From Diplonema japonicum (taxonomy: Eukaryota; Protista; Euglenozoa: Diplonemea): DNA of 64,000 bases. Made by a program: the position numbers and the translations under genes. Of this stretch, positions 44,029-54,775 are shown piece after piece. The notes beneath the pieces were generated by a model. The model worked only from the letters and a program-made list of their open reading frames with translations, was not told the DNA's origin and did not search any database. How positions within the stretch are numbered: the first letter of the stretch is position 1; every line of letters starts with the position of its first letter. Location: NCBI GenBank assembly GCA_964019335.1, contig OZ025748.1:186001-250000 (forward strand), in the 5' to 3' direction.

Positions 44029-45063
44029 ATGTTTGGACGTATCCCGCGAAGAATAGCGATGGGGGGTCTGGGGCTGGCTGCGGGCGCGGCGTGGCACGGC
44101 AACGAGTGGACGGCAAGCGCAAGGGAGCTGACCTGCCTGTCGGCCTTCACAGCGTACGCAAACGAGGAGGTCGACGGGGTGAAGTACATGAAGGTTGACG
44201 ATTTTGTGAGATCCTTGCTCAAGAAGAGAAACATCGAGGCTCTTCCAACAAAAGCAACCAAGGACATCGAGGCCCTGTTCAAGGACGTAGACTCCAACAG
44301 CGACGGACTCCTGTCGTTTCAAGAATACTCCTTGTTCATGACGCTTCTGACAAACTGCAAGGACGACATAGAAAACTGTTTCAGAATGTTTGATTTCGAC
44401 CAGTCGAACACGGTGGAGATCGAAGAGTTCAAAAGTATGGTCCACGCGCTGGGCAACGATCCAACAGTTGCGTACTCCTGGGAGGGCGGGCTGATCGAAA
44501 AATTCTTCGGGAAGAAAAAGAGCCTCACGTTTAACGAATTCTACGCCTTTGTCGAGGACCTCAAAAAACAGGTCATGAAAGCGGAATTTCACGCTTTTAA
44601 CGCGACAGAAACAGGTACCTACGAGTCATTTATGAGGCTCATGCTTGGTGGGTCTGAGCTTCCCGATGAGCTGTCGCACAACCATGCGATCATACAAGCT
44701 GCAGACCGAAGAGGTGGAGTGGCAACGCTGCAGTCCTGGATCACTCTAAACGAACTTTTCCTTCACGCCGACACACTGGGAGAAGCCTTCGACATGTTCA
44801 AAAAATCAGGCCGCCCCATCAAGAAGCCGGATTTCATTCGCGCGGTGACAGCAGCCGCGCCCTCCTGCGTGCCGCTTTCCCGAAAGGAGGTCGAGATTAT
44901 TTTTCTAATCTTCGCCGAGCCTGAGGGACACCTCAACGATGCCGCCTTGATTTCTACAATGAAAACAAAACGCGCCTGGGGGCTCCGAACCACGGACAGA
45001 CAGGAACCGCGAAGGAATTTCCCGCAAACGTTATTCCACTGTCTTTCAACTAATAATGCTTAG
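44029..45063 (+). CDS. Mitochondrial calcium uptake (MICU-like) EF-hand protein
   Basis: Basic presequence MFGRIPRRI; YMKVDDFVRS; EF-hands DSNSDGLLSFQEY and DFDQSNTVEIEEF; FFGKKKSLTFNEFYAFVEDL matches the MICU1 layout. Confidence 0.8.
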   Translation: MFGRIPRRIAMGGLGLAAGAAWHGNEWTASARELTCLSAFTAYANEEVDGVKYMKVDDFVRSLLKKRNIEALPTKATKDIEALFKDVDSNSDGLLSFQEYSLFMTLLTNCKDDIENCFRMFDFDQSNTVEIEEFKSMVHALGNDPTVAYSWEGGLIEKFFGKKKSLTFNEFYAFVEDLKKQVMKAEFHAFNATETGTYESFMRLMLGGSELPDELSHNHAIIQAADRRGGVATLQSWITLNELFLHADTLGEAFDMFKKSGRPIKKPDFIRAVTAAAPSCVPLSRKEVEIIFLIFAEPEGHLNDAALISTMKTKRAWGLRTTDRQEPRRNFPQTLFHCLSTNNA

Positions 45064-45065
45064 TT

Positions 45066-45102
<37 letters not shown>

Positions 45103-45780
45103 GAGAGGGGGGAAGGGGAAAGTGTTTGAAAAAGAAAATTGGGGTTTAGGTGTCTTTTTTTTTTTGGTATAATTCGGTTCCCCCCCTCCCCTTGTAACAT
45201 TGATTTTTGTATGTACGGGGGGGGGGGGGGGGGGATTCAATAGGGAAAAGAAAAAAAAGAAAGGGGGCAGGAACTGTACATTTCTTCACTTGGTTCTCAT
45301 TTCTTTCTCCCCCCTACCCCCCCCCGAAAAAAGCACTTGTGCGGCCGATCACGGTCACGAGTGCTGCTGTAAGTTTTTTCTCAGAGAGGTGGTGACCCTG
45401 AGGGGTGCAGTGGTGAATGTGAATGCGAGGCAGGTACAGCAGCAGACCCCGGTGGTCACGGCAGGAAGTTGCGTACCCAACGTCTGGGGGCGCTCGGACC
45501 CTCGACTCCGAGCAACCGCTTAGCGACAACGGAGTGGAGGGTGAAGGACGCATCCATGACCTCTACCATCGGAGGCCGATCTTGCTGGAGACCTGCGGGA
45601 GAGATTCCAGACTGAGCACGTAGAGGCCGGTGAGCGCAAAAACGCATGCCTTAGAAGAATAGTTTTTTTTTTTTTCAAATATCTTTCTTCGTTCTTTTTG
45701 TATTCTGCTTTGTCTTTCTCGGGTGCGACCGCCACAAGTAAACAAGCTCTAGAGACACACAAAAAAAAAAAGAAAGGAAA

Positions 45781-46831
45781 ATGAGGACGATGTCTGTTGT
45801 GATGCTTGCCCTGCTTGCGGGGTCCGCGCAGGGTCTGTCTGTGGAGTACGTGAACGCGAACGCGAGGACGATGTTCAAGGCCTTCAAGACGGACTACAGC
45901 AAGGTGTACACCTCTGTTGTGGAGGAGGAGAGGAGGTTCGCGATCTTCTCGGAGAACCTGATGAAGGCGGCGAGGTACGAGATGGAGCAGACGCACGGGG
46001 CCACCTTCGGGGTGAACGCCTTCTCCGACCTCTCGGCCGAGGAGTTCAAGGGGCGCCACAACCTGAGGGTCCCGAAGAAGACTGGTCCTCCTGCTGCCCC
46101 TGTTTCTGTGACGGGTCCCACTGAGGTTGATTGGAGGACGAAGGGTGCTGTTACCCATGTGAAGAACCAGGCTCAGTGTGGAAGGTGTTTAAAAAAACAA
46201 ATAAATAAAAAATAAACAAAAAAAATAATTCTTTTTTTTTCATTTTTTTTTTCACAGCTGCTGGGCCTTCTCTACAACTGGAGGGATCGAGGGTCAGTGG
46301 TTCCTTTCAGGTCAGACCCTGACCTCGCTGTCTGAGCAGGAGCTTGTGTCGTGCGACAAGAACGACGATGGGTGCAACGGGGGTCTCATGGACAACGCCT
46401 TCAAGTGGCTTCTGTCTGCGCACAGCGGTCAGGTGGTGACGGAGGCCTCGTACCCTTACACCTCGGGTGGCGGGAACAGCGGGTCGTGCCAAGAGGTGTC
46501 TGGGAAGGCGGTGGGGGCCACCATCAAGGGCTACAAGGACATCGCGCACGACGAGACCTCGATGGCGACCTTCGTCGGTGTCAGCGGTCCCCTCTCCATC
46601 GCTGTGGACGCGCAGAAGTGGCAGACCTACACCGGTGGGGTCCTCTCCAACTGCTGCGGGATCTTCGGGTGCCAGCTGGACCACGGCGTCCTCATCGTCG
46701 GCTACGCCCCCGAGTACTGGATCATCAAGAACTCCTGGGGTCCCAGCTGGGGCGAGAACGGCTACATCCGCGTCAAGAGGGGCGACAACGAGTGCGGCCT
46801 CAACGAGTCCCCTTGCTCCTCGGAGATCTGA
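45781..46831 (+). CDS. Cathepsin L-like cysteine protease, paralog A, copy 3; join(45781..46184,46258..46831)
   Basis: Same protein as copies 1 and 2; intron 46185-46257. Confidence 0.95.
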
Positions 46832-47430
46832 GATGGGTGAACTTGAAAGAGTGGTTTTAAGAGAAAACAACAAACAAAAAAAGAAGAAAAAAAAACATGT
46901 CTTGTCTAGGTTGAGAGAGATTCCGTTCTTTCTTTCTCTTTCTCTTATTCAATCCGTGTACTCTTTCTTCCTTACCTACTATTTTCTTTTTCATTATCTT
47001 CTTTTCTTTCTTTCCTGTTTTGTTACTTCTAACAAGCAAAAACGTGGTGGCTGCAGCACAGCTTCCGTCCGAATCTTTTTATTAAAACAAGAGTGCTTCC
47101 TTTTGTGTGATTACCCTTTTTTCTCTATTCGTAGTTGTGTTGTTTTTATTTTATATCTTTTTGCAATGAAATAAAAAGGGGCTTGTGAATGTTTTTTTTT
47201 TTTTTGCGTCCTGCCACACCTGTACCTCGTCGCGGGCACTTAAGGAAGATTGGTTTAGACAACGAAGCTTTGCCCGCAAGCTTAAGGAACACACAAGCTG
47301 TCGAAACGACGTGCTGCATGTGGCAGGTCAAGGAGTCCTTTCTAAGGTTTCCTGTGCGACACTGCAATGCAACAAGTAACCCAACTCTGGTTAAGAAGCC
47401 TCGACGGCCGCGAGAACAAAAAAAAAAAAA

Positions 47431-47957
47431 AAATAGCTATTTATTGCCAACAAATAATGAGTCATTATTTAACTCGAGTTCCCGAATTTTTTGCACGAGG
47501 GCCCTGCGGGCCCTCGTGCAAAAAAACGGTAACGAGTGTTAAATAATGGCTCATTTGGCGGCAAGTAAGTCGTTTTATTTCACTTTTCGTCATTTGAGTC
47601 ACTCACTCTTCACTGCTTTCACTGCTGTTTTTTTTCACGCAGGTCAGCTTTTTGGGGATTTTCCTAAGGTAATACAGGGTAGCTATTTCGCCGTGGCATT
47701 TAAAGGGGAAGTAAAGCACTTATTCCCACTTTTAAGGGCTGGAATGGCCTCAGATGGCCAAAAATAGTCAAAATACCCCCACCCCAAAAAGATTTTTCAA
47801 GGGGTTGGGTGCATTTTTTTCCACGACAATACCCATTTTTTCACTCTGAAGGGACATTATTTAACTGCAAAATCTCATTATTTAACTAGTTAAATAATGG
47901 CGATTTCGCGTTAAATAATGAGGCCCCTAGTGAGTGAAGAAAATGACGAAGAGTGAA

Positions 47958-47963
<6 letters not shown>
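47431..47963 (-). mobile_element. Crypton-like non-autonomous hairpin/inverted-repeat element
   Basis: ~128-bp terminal hairpin 47441-47568 with perfect 18-bp core arms. Inverted repeat 47573-47595 / 47941-47963. Second hairpin 47855-47920 containing a perfect 24-bp palindrome. Six copies of cattatttaac or its reverse complement. Confidence 0.65.
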
Positions 47964-48004
<41 letters not shown>

Positions 48005-48015
48005 AAGTGTAATAA

Positions 48016-48297
48016 CTAGTTGTCTTTCTTTGAGCCTTCGCGGCCACCTGAATACCTGTTTCTAAGAAGTAGGTCATTCTGAGCTCAGACACAGGGCAAA
48101 AACCAGTGATATTAGTCGCATTCAGGGTGGGGGGGGGGGGGGCAATTTAAAAATTAATTAAAAAAGCTACCAAGAAGGGCAATTGAAGCGCAACACTCGG
48201 CACTATTCTGGGCTTCCCCTTCAGGGATTATGCCGCATACAGACTGTAGCTGTGAGGTGGCCTTGATTGCTTTAAAGCCAATGGAAGACTAGCGAGA
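48016..48297 (-). mobile_element. Helitron-like element, independent copy (~282 bp)
   Basis: Shares taactagttgtc..tctttgagccttcgcggc and tagcgagatt ends with 28292-28615; the middle is diverged. Confidence 0.55.
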
Positions 48298-48716
48298 TTT
48301 CTTTTTTCTTTTTTTTTTTTTAAAGCTGTTCCAGTGGCCCAGGGAACACTGCGTTGTGGTCTGGGCTCCTTAAGGGCCCTGCATGGCCGCAACTCAACAA
48401 GTATCCCGTTGGTCTCTTCTAGTTTGCAGCGAGAACACTTCCACCGGATAGTGCGCCGTTTTCTTTTTTTTTTTAAATGGTGGGATACTATCCTCTGGTA
48501 GTAAACTGCACAGCTAAGCGCAGAATCTTGCTTACCCGAGGAGCCCCGCTGCTATTACCGCGGAATGTACATGAACTTTGTTGACCCGGCCGCGCGTATT
48601 TATAAAAGAAAATCCAAAACTAATTTCAAGTTGGGGGGGGGGGGGGGGGGGAGGGATATTCTTAGAGCGGTAGTGGCCGCAACACTGCCTCCATCCTATT
48701 TTCCTGGTTGCAGTAA

Positions 48717-49023
48717 CTAGTTGCCCCTCTTTGAGCCCTTCGTGGCAACCTTAAGTTATAGTGCGGCCCCATGATGCAATGAGTAGCCCAGTAACTTTGA
48801 AAGTGAAATAGTTTGGCAAAGAAAGTCAAAGTATTCGCTGGGGGGGGGGGGGGGGGGGGCAAGGATAAAGATAAAGACAATAAAAGAAGGGTTTTAAAAG
48901 GGAAAAAGCTTCGTGAAGGGCGGTGGGCAGCCTGGCACTGTGAACCTGGCAACCCCTTAGGGCTTGCTTATAGGTCTTTGCCGTGAGGTGGCTGTCTTTT
49001 GTTTTTGTGAGATCAACATTGAT
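48717..49023 (-). mobile_element. Helitron-like element, positional counterpart of 28292-28615
   Basis: Same flanks and internal sequence with scattered differences; 5' end eroded. Confidence 0.5.
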
Positions 49024-49200
49024 ATAAAATAAAGAAAAAAAAAGAAGAGAAGAAAAAAATCTATGGGATCCCGGCTAACAATATCGTTACCTGCCGTAAA
49101 CAGCTTATGGCTGCAGTTTTGAGAATAACGACAAGCGCTCCTGTTGGCTCTGGCCACACCACCCACACTACTTACCATCACAGCTAAAGAGAAAGGAAAG

Positions 49201-50268
49201 ATGTTGAAGACCGCGATGCTGCTGGCGATGCCGTGCCTTGCACTGGCTGCTGGGTTCGAGAGCGAGCGTGCGCAGTTCGAGGCGTTCAAGGCACAGTACG
49301 GGAAGACCTACAAGAGCGCTGCGGAGGAGGAGACGAGGTTCTCTGCCTTCAGGGCATCGCTGACGAGGGTGCGCGCCTCGCAGAACCCGACGCACGGGGT
49401 GACGAAGTTCAGCGACCTCACTCCGCAGGAGTTCAAGAAGATGTACCTCACGAGGAAGCCGTCTGCTGCACCGCAGCAGGAGGAGTGGGACGGGAAGTGC
49501 ACGGCGTGCGAGAGGTTCCCTGAGGTGAAGGGGTTGAAGAACGATACCGCTTGGGACTGGACCACGAAGGGGGCTGTCACCAAGGTTAAGAACCAGGGGC
49601 AGTGCGGGAGGTATTAAAAAAAAAAAAAAAAAAAAAAGAAAATCAAAACATTTTGACTCACCTCACACCATCACAGCTGCTGGAGCTTCGGGACGACTGG
49701 AGACATCGAGGGGACGTGGTTCCTCGCGGGGCACGCCCTGACCTCGCTGTCTGAGCAGGAGCTTGTGTCGTGCGACAAGACTGACGACGGGTGCAACGGG
49801 GGTCTGCAGGAGGACGCGTTCGCGTGGGTGATGAAGAGGGGCGGGCTGGTGGCGGAGGAGACGTACCCGTACCACTCTGGGGACGGGATCAGCGGGACCT
49901 GCAAGGAGACGAAGACGACACCGATCGTGGCGTCCATCAAGAGCTGGTACCAGGTGTCGAAGAGCGCTGCAGGGGAGGCGGGGATCGCGACGCAGCTGCC
50001 GCAGGTGGGGCCCATCACCATCGGGATCAACGCTGGGCCCATGCAGGACTACAGGGGTGGGATCGACAACCCTGCGCACTGCCCTGGCGCTGCGCGCGAC
50101 CTCGACCACGCCGTCCTCATCGTCGGCTTCGGGTCCGAGAACGGCGTCGACTACTGGAAGATCAAGAACTCCTGGGCCGCCAGCTGGGGTGAGGAGGGCT
50201 ACTACAGGATCGTCAGGGGGGTCAACAAGTGCGGTGTTGCCACTGATGCCGTTCACTCTCGTGTCTGA
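49201..50268 (+). CDS. Cathepsin L-like cysteine protease, paralog B, copy 2; join(49201..49610,49677..50268)
   Basis: Identical to 28823..29889; intron 49611-49676. Confidence 0.95.
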
Positions 50269-50312
50269 GGAGGGGGAGTGTTTGTCAAAGTAACAAAATG
50301 ACAAATTTTTAC

Positions 50313-50352
<40 letters not shown>

Positions 50353-50740
50353 GAAGTGGGAGGGATCTTCCTTTTTTTTTTTTATGTAACAAAAAATTAA
50401 CTGAAAGAAAGAAGAGAAAAGAAAAACAAAACCCTTCTCATATCCACATCCCCATATTAGCCCAGCAGCAGTTTGCAAAAGTGTGATTTTCAAATGTATT
50501 GTGATACCAGCGGGCTTTTCTTTTTATACTTCCTTCTTCTTGTTTCTTTTTTTCTTTGCAATGGGTTTAAAAGGTGGCATCACCGTTATGTTTGCTTTTT
50601 ATCCTTCCATTTGTGTCCTTTCTTTTCTGCAACGTTTTCTTCCTTTCTTTCCTTTTTTTTTTTGTTTTATTTGGGCATGCTCTTTTAATAACCCCCTAAA
50701 TAGCAGACTAAGTCAATTCAAAAAAAAAAAAAAAAGAAAG

Positions 50741-51799
50741 ATGAAATCTGTCTACATCCTTGTGTCTTTGTGTGTGTCCCTTGTAGCGGGAGAGGGAGGG
50801 GACCTGTTCGTCCTTCCGTCTCTGTACAAGAGCAAGGATTGCACGGGGGTAGCGGACCCTGTATCGGCGAAGTGGAGCTACCTTGCGAAGGACGGTGTTG
50901 CGGTGAAGCCCTTTTTTGATGCGGAGGGGGGCACAGGCCGCAGTGCTGCGTACGCCATGAACCAGTGCTTGACGGACAGCAGCGTGGCGTACTCGGTGAT
51001 GCTGACGATCGACGGGGCGGCGTGCCCGGACAACGGGGGCGACTCTCTGCAGCTGTCGTACTGGGGGGACTCGACAAGCTGCGAGGGGTCGGCGGGCAGC
51101 AACACGACGCTGACGGAAGGGAGCTGTGTGGCGACGCCGCTCGGGTCGGCCCTCTTCAACACGTCTCTGAAGAATGAGAGCGAGCTGTGCGTGCTGATGA
51201 ACTACAGGACGGCGATGGAGACAGGGGGGGTGAGGAGGCGGGTGTGGGTGGGGGAGAGCAACGGGAACCACATCTCGACCTGTGCGGATGGGTCGGAGAC
51301 CTCGAACAGGCTGACTACCATGGCGGTCGGGAGCAGCTGCAGCAACAGCAACAAGGCTGCGTGCGGGTGCTGCAAGGCGTACGACCCGAAGACCTGCGAG
51401 GCCTTGTCCGGCTACGACTCCACCGTGAGGGCGTGCTACGTGAATGAAGGGGGTGAGTGGGCGGCGGCCGACGTGGAGTGGAGCTACACCGACGGGACGT
51501 GCAGGAACCGCACAAGCAGGAACCCCGCCTTGATCACAAAGGTGAACCAGCCGTGCACCTTTGCGGTCCACACCTCAAGGGACAGCGTCGCGGCGAAGGT
51601 GGATTTGGTGGCACCCCTCACCATCGACATCTACTGCCAGTACGTGCAGCTGAACGCAAGGCACGACGTCGACGGCTACCTGACCTGGGAGAGCTTCCAG
51701 GATAGGTTCTACTCCTGGAACAGCGCTCCCTCTGGAGCCCACCCCGTCTCTGTCATGGCGCTTCTTTCTCTCTCCGTTGCGGTTGCTGTGTTGTTCTAA
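50741..51799 (+). CDS. GPI-anchored surface protein X, copy 2
   Basis: ATG at 50741; identical to 30363..31421. Confidence 0.85.
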   Translation: MKSVYILVSLCVSLVAGEGGDLFVLPSLYKSKDCTGVADPVSAKWSYLAKDGVAVKPFFDAEGGTGRSAAYAMNQCLTDSSVAYSVMLTIDGAACPDNGGDSLQLSYWGDSTSCEGSAGSNTTLTEGSCVATPLGSALFNTSLKNESELCVLMNYRTAMETGGVRRRVWVGESNGNHISTCADGSETSNRLTTMAVGSSCSNSNKAACGCCKAYDPKTCEALSGYDSTVRACYVNEGGEWAAADVEWSYTDGTCRNRTSRNPALITKVNQPCTFAVHTSRDSVAAKVDLVAPLTIDIYCQYVQLNARHDVDGYLTWESFQDRFYSWNSAPSGAHPVSVMALLSLSVAVAVLF

Positions 51800-51892
51800 A
51801 CATTGAATATGAAGGGGGGAGGTGTCTAGAGGATACATCAATATCGTCAGAAAACCCCAGAATAGATAAACCTCTCATCTAAACTAAACTTA

Positions 51893-51927
<35 letters not shown>

Positions 51928-52529
51928 TTATCATGACCAACACCATGGGAGAAAAAAAAAGAGAGACATAGAAGGGTGGAGAAAACCTCACAACTATCCT
52001 TCTCTTTTCTTTTCATGGTGTTCCTTCCCTTTTTTCTCTCCTTTCTTTTCTTTCTTTCTTTTTTTTTTTTCTTCATCCCTCCGTGTGAGTCCCAACAGTC
52101 CTATCTTCATTTTCGTTGGCTCACAGGGAGGGAGAGTAAAAAAACGAAACCTATCCTGTGATTTTTCAGTCCTCCCTCATTTTTCTTCTTTTCTTGCTCG
52201 TTCCGTGTGGCCCTTTTGACAGCAGTTCTTCTCGGCACGTACTTTGTCGTTGTTTCACCACCACCCTCTTTAAGGCAAAACAAAAGAGTATTCTGTACCG
52301 TCTTCTTGAGCCAACCTTCTCTTCCCTGAAGAGATAATAATATTATAATAATATATATTGGGTGACTGGTGCTGCTGTCGAAAGGGTGGGGCGATTCTTG
52401 TTTTTTTTTTTTTTTTTCTTTGATCTTCTGTTCTTCTTTTTTGTTTTCTTTTTTAAAAGTCCCGTCCACCCCACACTCTTGAAGAACACAGGTTTGTACA
52501 CATTCAATAAAACAAATAGAAAAGAAAAA

Positions 52530-53540
52530 ATGAAGTTTGCCTTGTCCCTCGCGATGTGCTTCACCTTTGCCAGTGCACAGGAACACTTTTTCAAGAACCC
52601 CACCTTCTACAAGAGCAAGGACTGCACGGGGGAGGCGGACCCTGCATCGGCCCTGTGGGGCTTTCCTGCGACGGACGGCGTTGTGGTGAAGCCCTTCTCT
52701 GTGGCGGGTGCGGAGCTGAACGGGCAGACGATCGGGAGGTGCATGACAGGGGGTGGCGGTGCGAAGGACTCGGTGATGCTTTCGATCAACAAGACGATGT
52801 GCACCGTTGGGGAGGGAGAGCTCTCCCTGGAGATGGTGTACTGGGGGGGATCGACAAGCTGTGAGGGGACGGGGCAGCTGCTGCGGCTGATCGAGGGGAA
52901 GTGCGTGGAGACGCAGCTCGGGTCGGCGCTGTTCAACGTGTCTCTGTCCTCGAGCGAGATCTGCACGATGATGCAGTTCCTGACCGACGCGTGGAAGGGG
53001 GGACTGAGGCTGAGGGGATACCTCGGCTCCAACTGCACGGGGCTGGTGACAGAGAATGGCGTGATCCCGACGAAGACCCCCTCGTGCGGGGCGGAGCCGC
53101 AGTGCAAGGGGTGCTGCCCTCTCTGGAACAGCAAGGGCTGCACGAAGACCGGGCAGTTCAAGAAGGTTCTGACCTCGTGCCGGAAGGTGGCGGGGTCTTG
53201 GGAGGGCGGGCTCATGAGCACCGGCTACAGCAACGACAAGTGCACCTCTGTGGACAACACCGAGTACTACCTTGGGCTCCCGCTCTACATGAACGACGGG
53301 TCGAAGCAGCTGTGCAGCGAGACCCGTGACGGCTACCTCGGTGTCTCCATGGAGGCAGACTTCGTGGCACCCCTCACCATCGACACCTACTGCAAGTGGG
53401 TGGAGCTCAACACGAAGTTCGGTGTCGACGGCTTCCTTACTTGGAACCAGTTCAAGGAGGCTGTGAACGCGGCTCCCACAGCCCACCCCATCTCCGCCTT
53501 CGCCTTGGCTGTCCTTCTTCTTCTTGCTGTGTTGCTGTAG
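52530..53540 (+). CDS. GPI-anchored surface protein Y, copy 3
   Basis: ATG at 52530; identical to copy 2. Confidence 0.85.
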   Translation: MKFALSLAMCFTFASAQEHFFKNPTFYKSKDCTGEADPASALWGFPATDGVVVKPFSVAGAELNGQTIGRCMTGGGGAKDSVMLSINKTMCTVGEGELSLEMVYWGGSTSCEGTGQLLRLIEGKCVETQLGSALFNVSLSSSEICTMMQFLTDAWKGGLRLRGYLGSNCTGLVTENGVIPTKTPSCGAEPQCKGCCPLWNSKGCTKTGQFKKVLTSCRKVAGSWEGGLMSTGYSNDKCTSVDNTEYYLGLPLYMNDGSKQLCSETRDGYLGVSMEADFVAPLTIDTYCKWVELNTKFGVDGFLTWNQFKEAVNAAPTAHPISAFALAVLLLLAVLL

Positions 53541-54273
53541 AGAGATCAATTATATATTCTCATTTTGAAAAAAACCAAAAGAAAGTTTCTTTTTGTTTTG
53601 TTTTTTGCTTCACTCTTTTTTCTCTCTCCGCTAACTCTGATCTGACGGCATGTCTTACATTCCTGGTTTGTTTCACGGGTGGTCCTTAACAGGGGCTTGC
53701 TCTTTTTTTTTTTCTTTTCTTTTCTTCTTTTTTCTTTACATTTCGGGAGGAATTCCTTAGAAATCGTGTCACATAAGGGACAAAGTACAACCTTTTTTCA
53801 TGATTTCTCATTTTGTTTTCTGCCTTTCTCATGATGTTCATATATATGAGCAAGACATGTATTCCTTCCGACCGCTTCTTCTTGCTGTGTTACTGTAGAG
53901 AATGTTTTCTTTGTGTTTCCCAGCTTTTTGCCTTCTGCAGAAGATCACTGTGGTGGTTTGAATGGCCGAGTGTCTTCTGCTCGGCGGTACCATTATATAT
54001 ACATATTCAAATTTTGAAAACAACCAGACGCTGTACCCCTTCTCCCTTCCTAAACCAACGCCCTGTGGTTTTCCCTTGCTTTTCCCTCCCTTTGTCTTTT
54101 TGTTTACTTTGGGGACATGATTCACATTCCCATTAATCTTTTTTTTTTTTTTTGTTTGTTTTACCACCCCTCCTATTTTTTTTCTTTCTCTTTTTTCTTT
54201 TTCTTTGTGGGCGGTCTTCACGAAGACCTCCGAATTGCGTCGATAAGGGAAGTACCAACCTTTTTCATCATTT

Positions 54274-54316
<43 letters not shown>

Positions 54317-54775
54317 GCTGATTATATTATTCTATTTTCATTTGTTATTCATGTTTTTTTTTCTTTTTTTTTTTTTCATATGAGAAAAAGCGTCTTCCTG
54401 CCCTCCCTATTCGGAAAAAAGAAAATGAAATGAGGAGAGAAAAAAAGAAAATAGAGGTCTTATTCGTTCAACTTATTTTACTATCTCCCTTCCATCACCC
54501 GTATTTTTATATTCTAGTCTGCAATACAGAGAATACATGTAAAACAAAACAAAAAAAAAGGTGCAAAGAGAGAGGTTTAACGTCAAAAAAAAAAAAAAAA
54601 GGACGTATTCCTCTTTGCTCCGGGAAAAAAAAAAGCAGACGGGGAAAGGAAAAAAAAAAAAAAAAAAAAAAAAAAAGACGATTTTTTTTTTTTTAAACAT
54701 ACCGCAACGCGAAGTATCGTATGCAGACAACACACACAACGGGGGGGGAAACAAAACAACAAAAAAAAAAAAAAA

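Noticed and set aside
50483-50740. N-terminal extension of X copy 2 (and of Y at 31983/52362)
   Set aside because: Arises from non-ATG starts and homopolymer length; the signal peptide begins at the downstream ATG.
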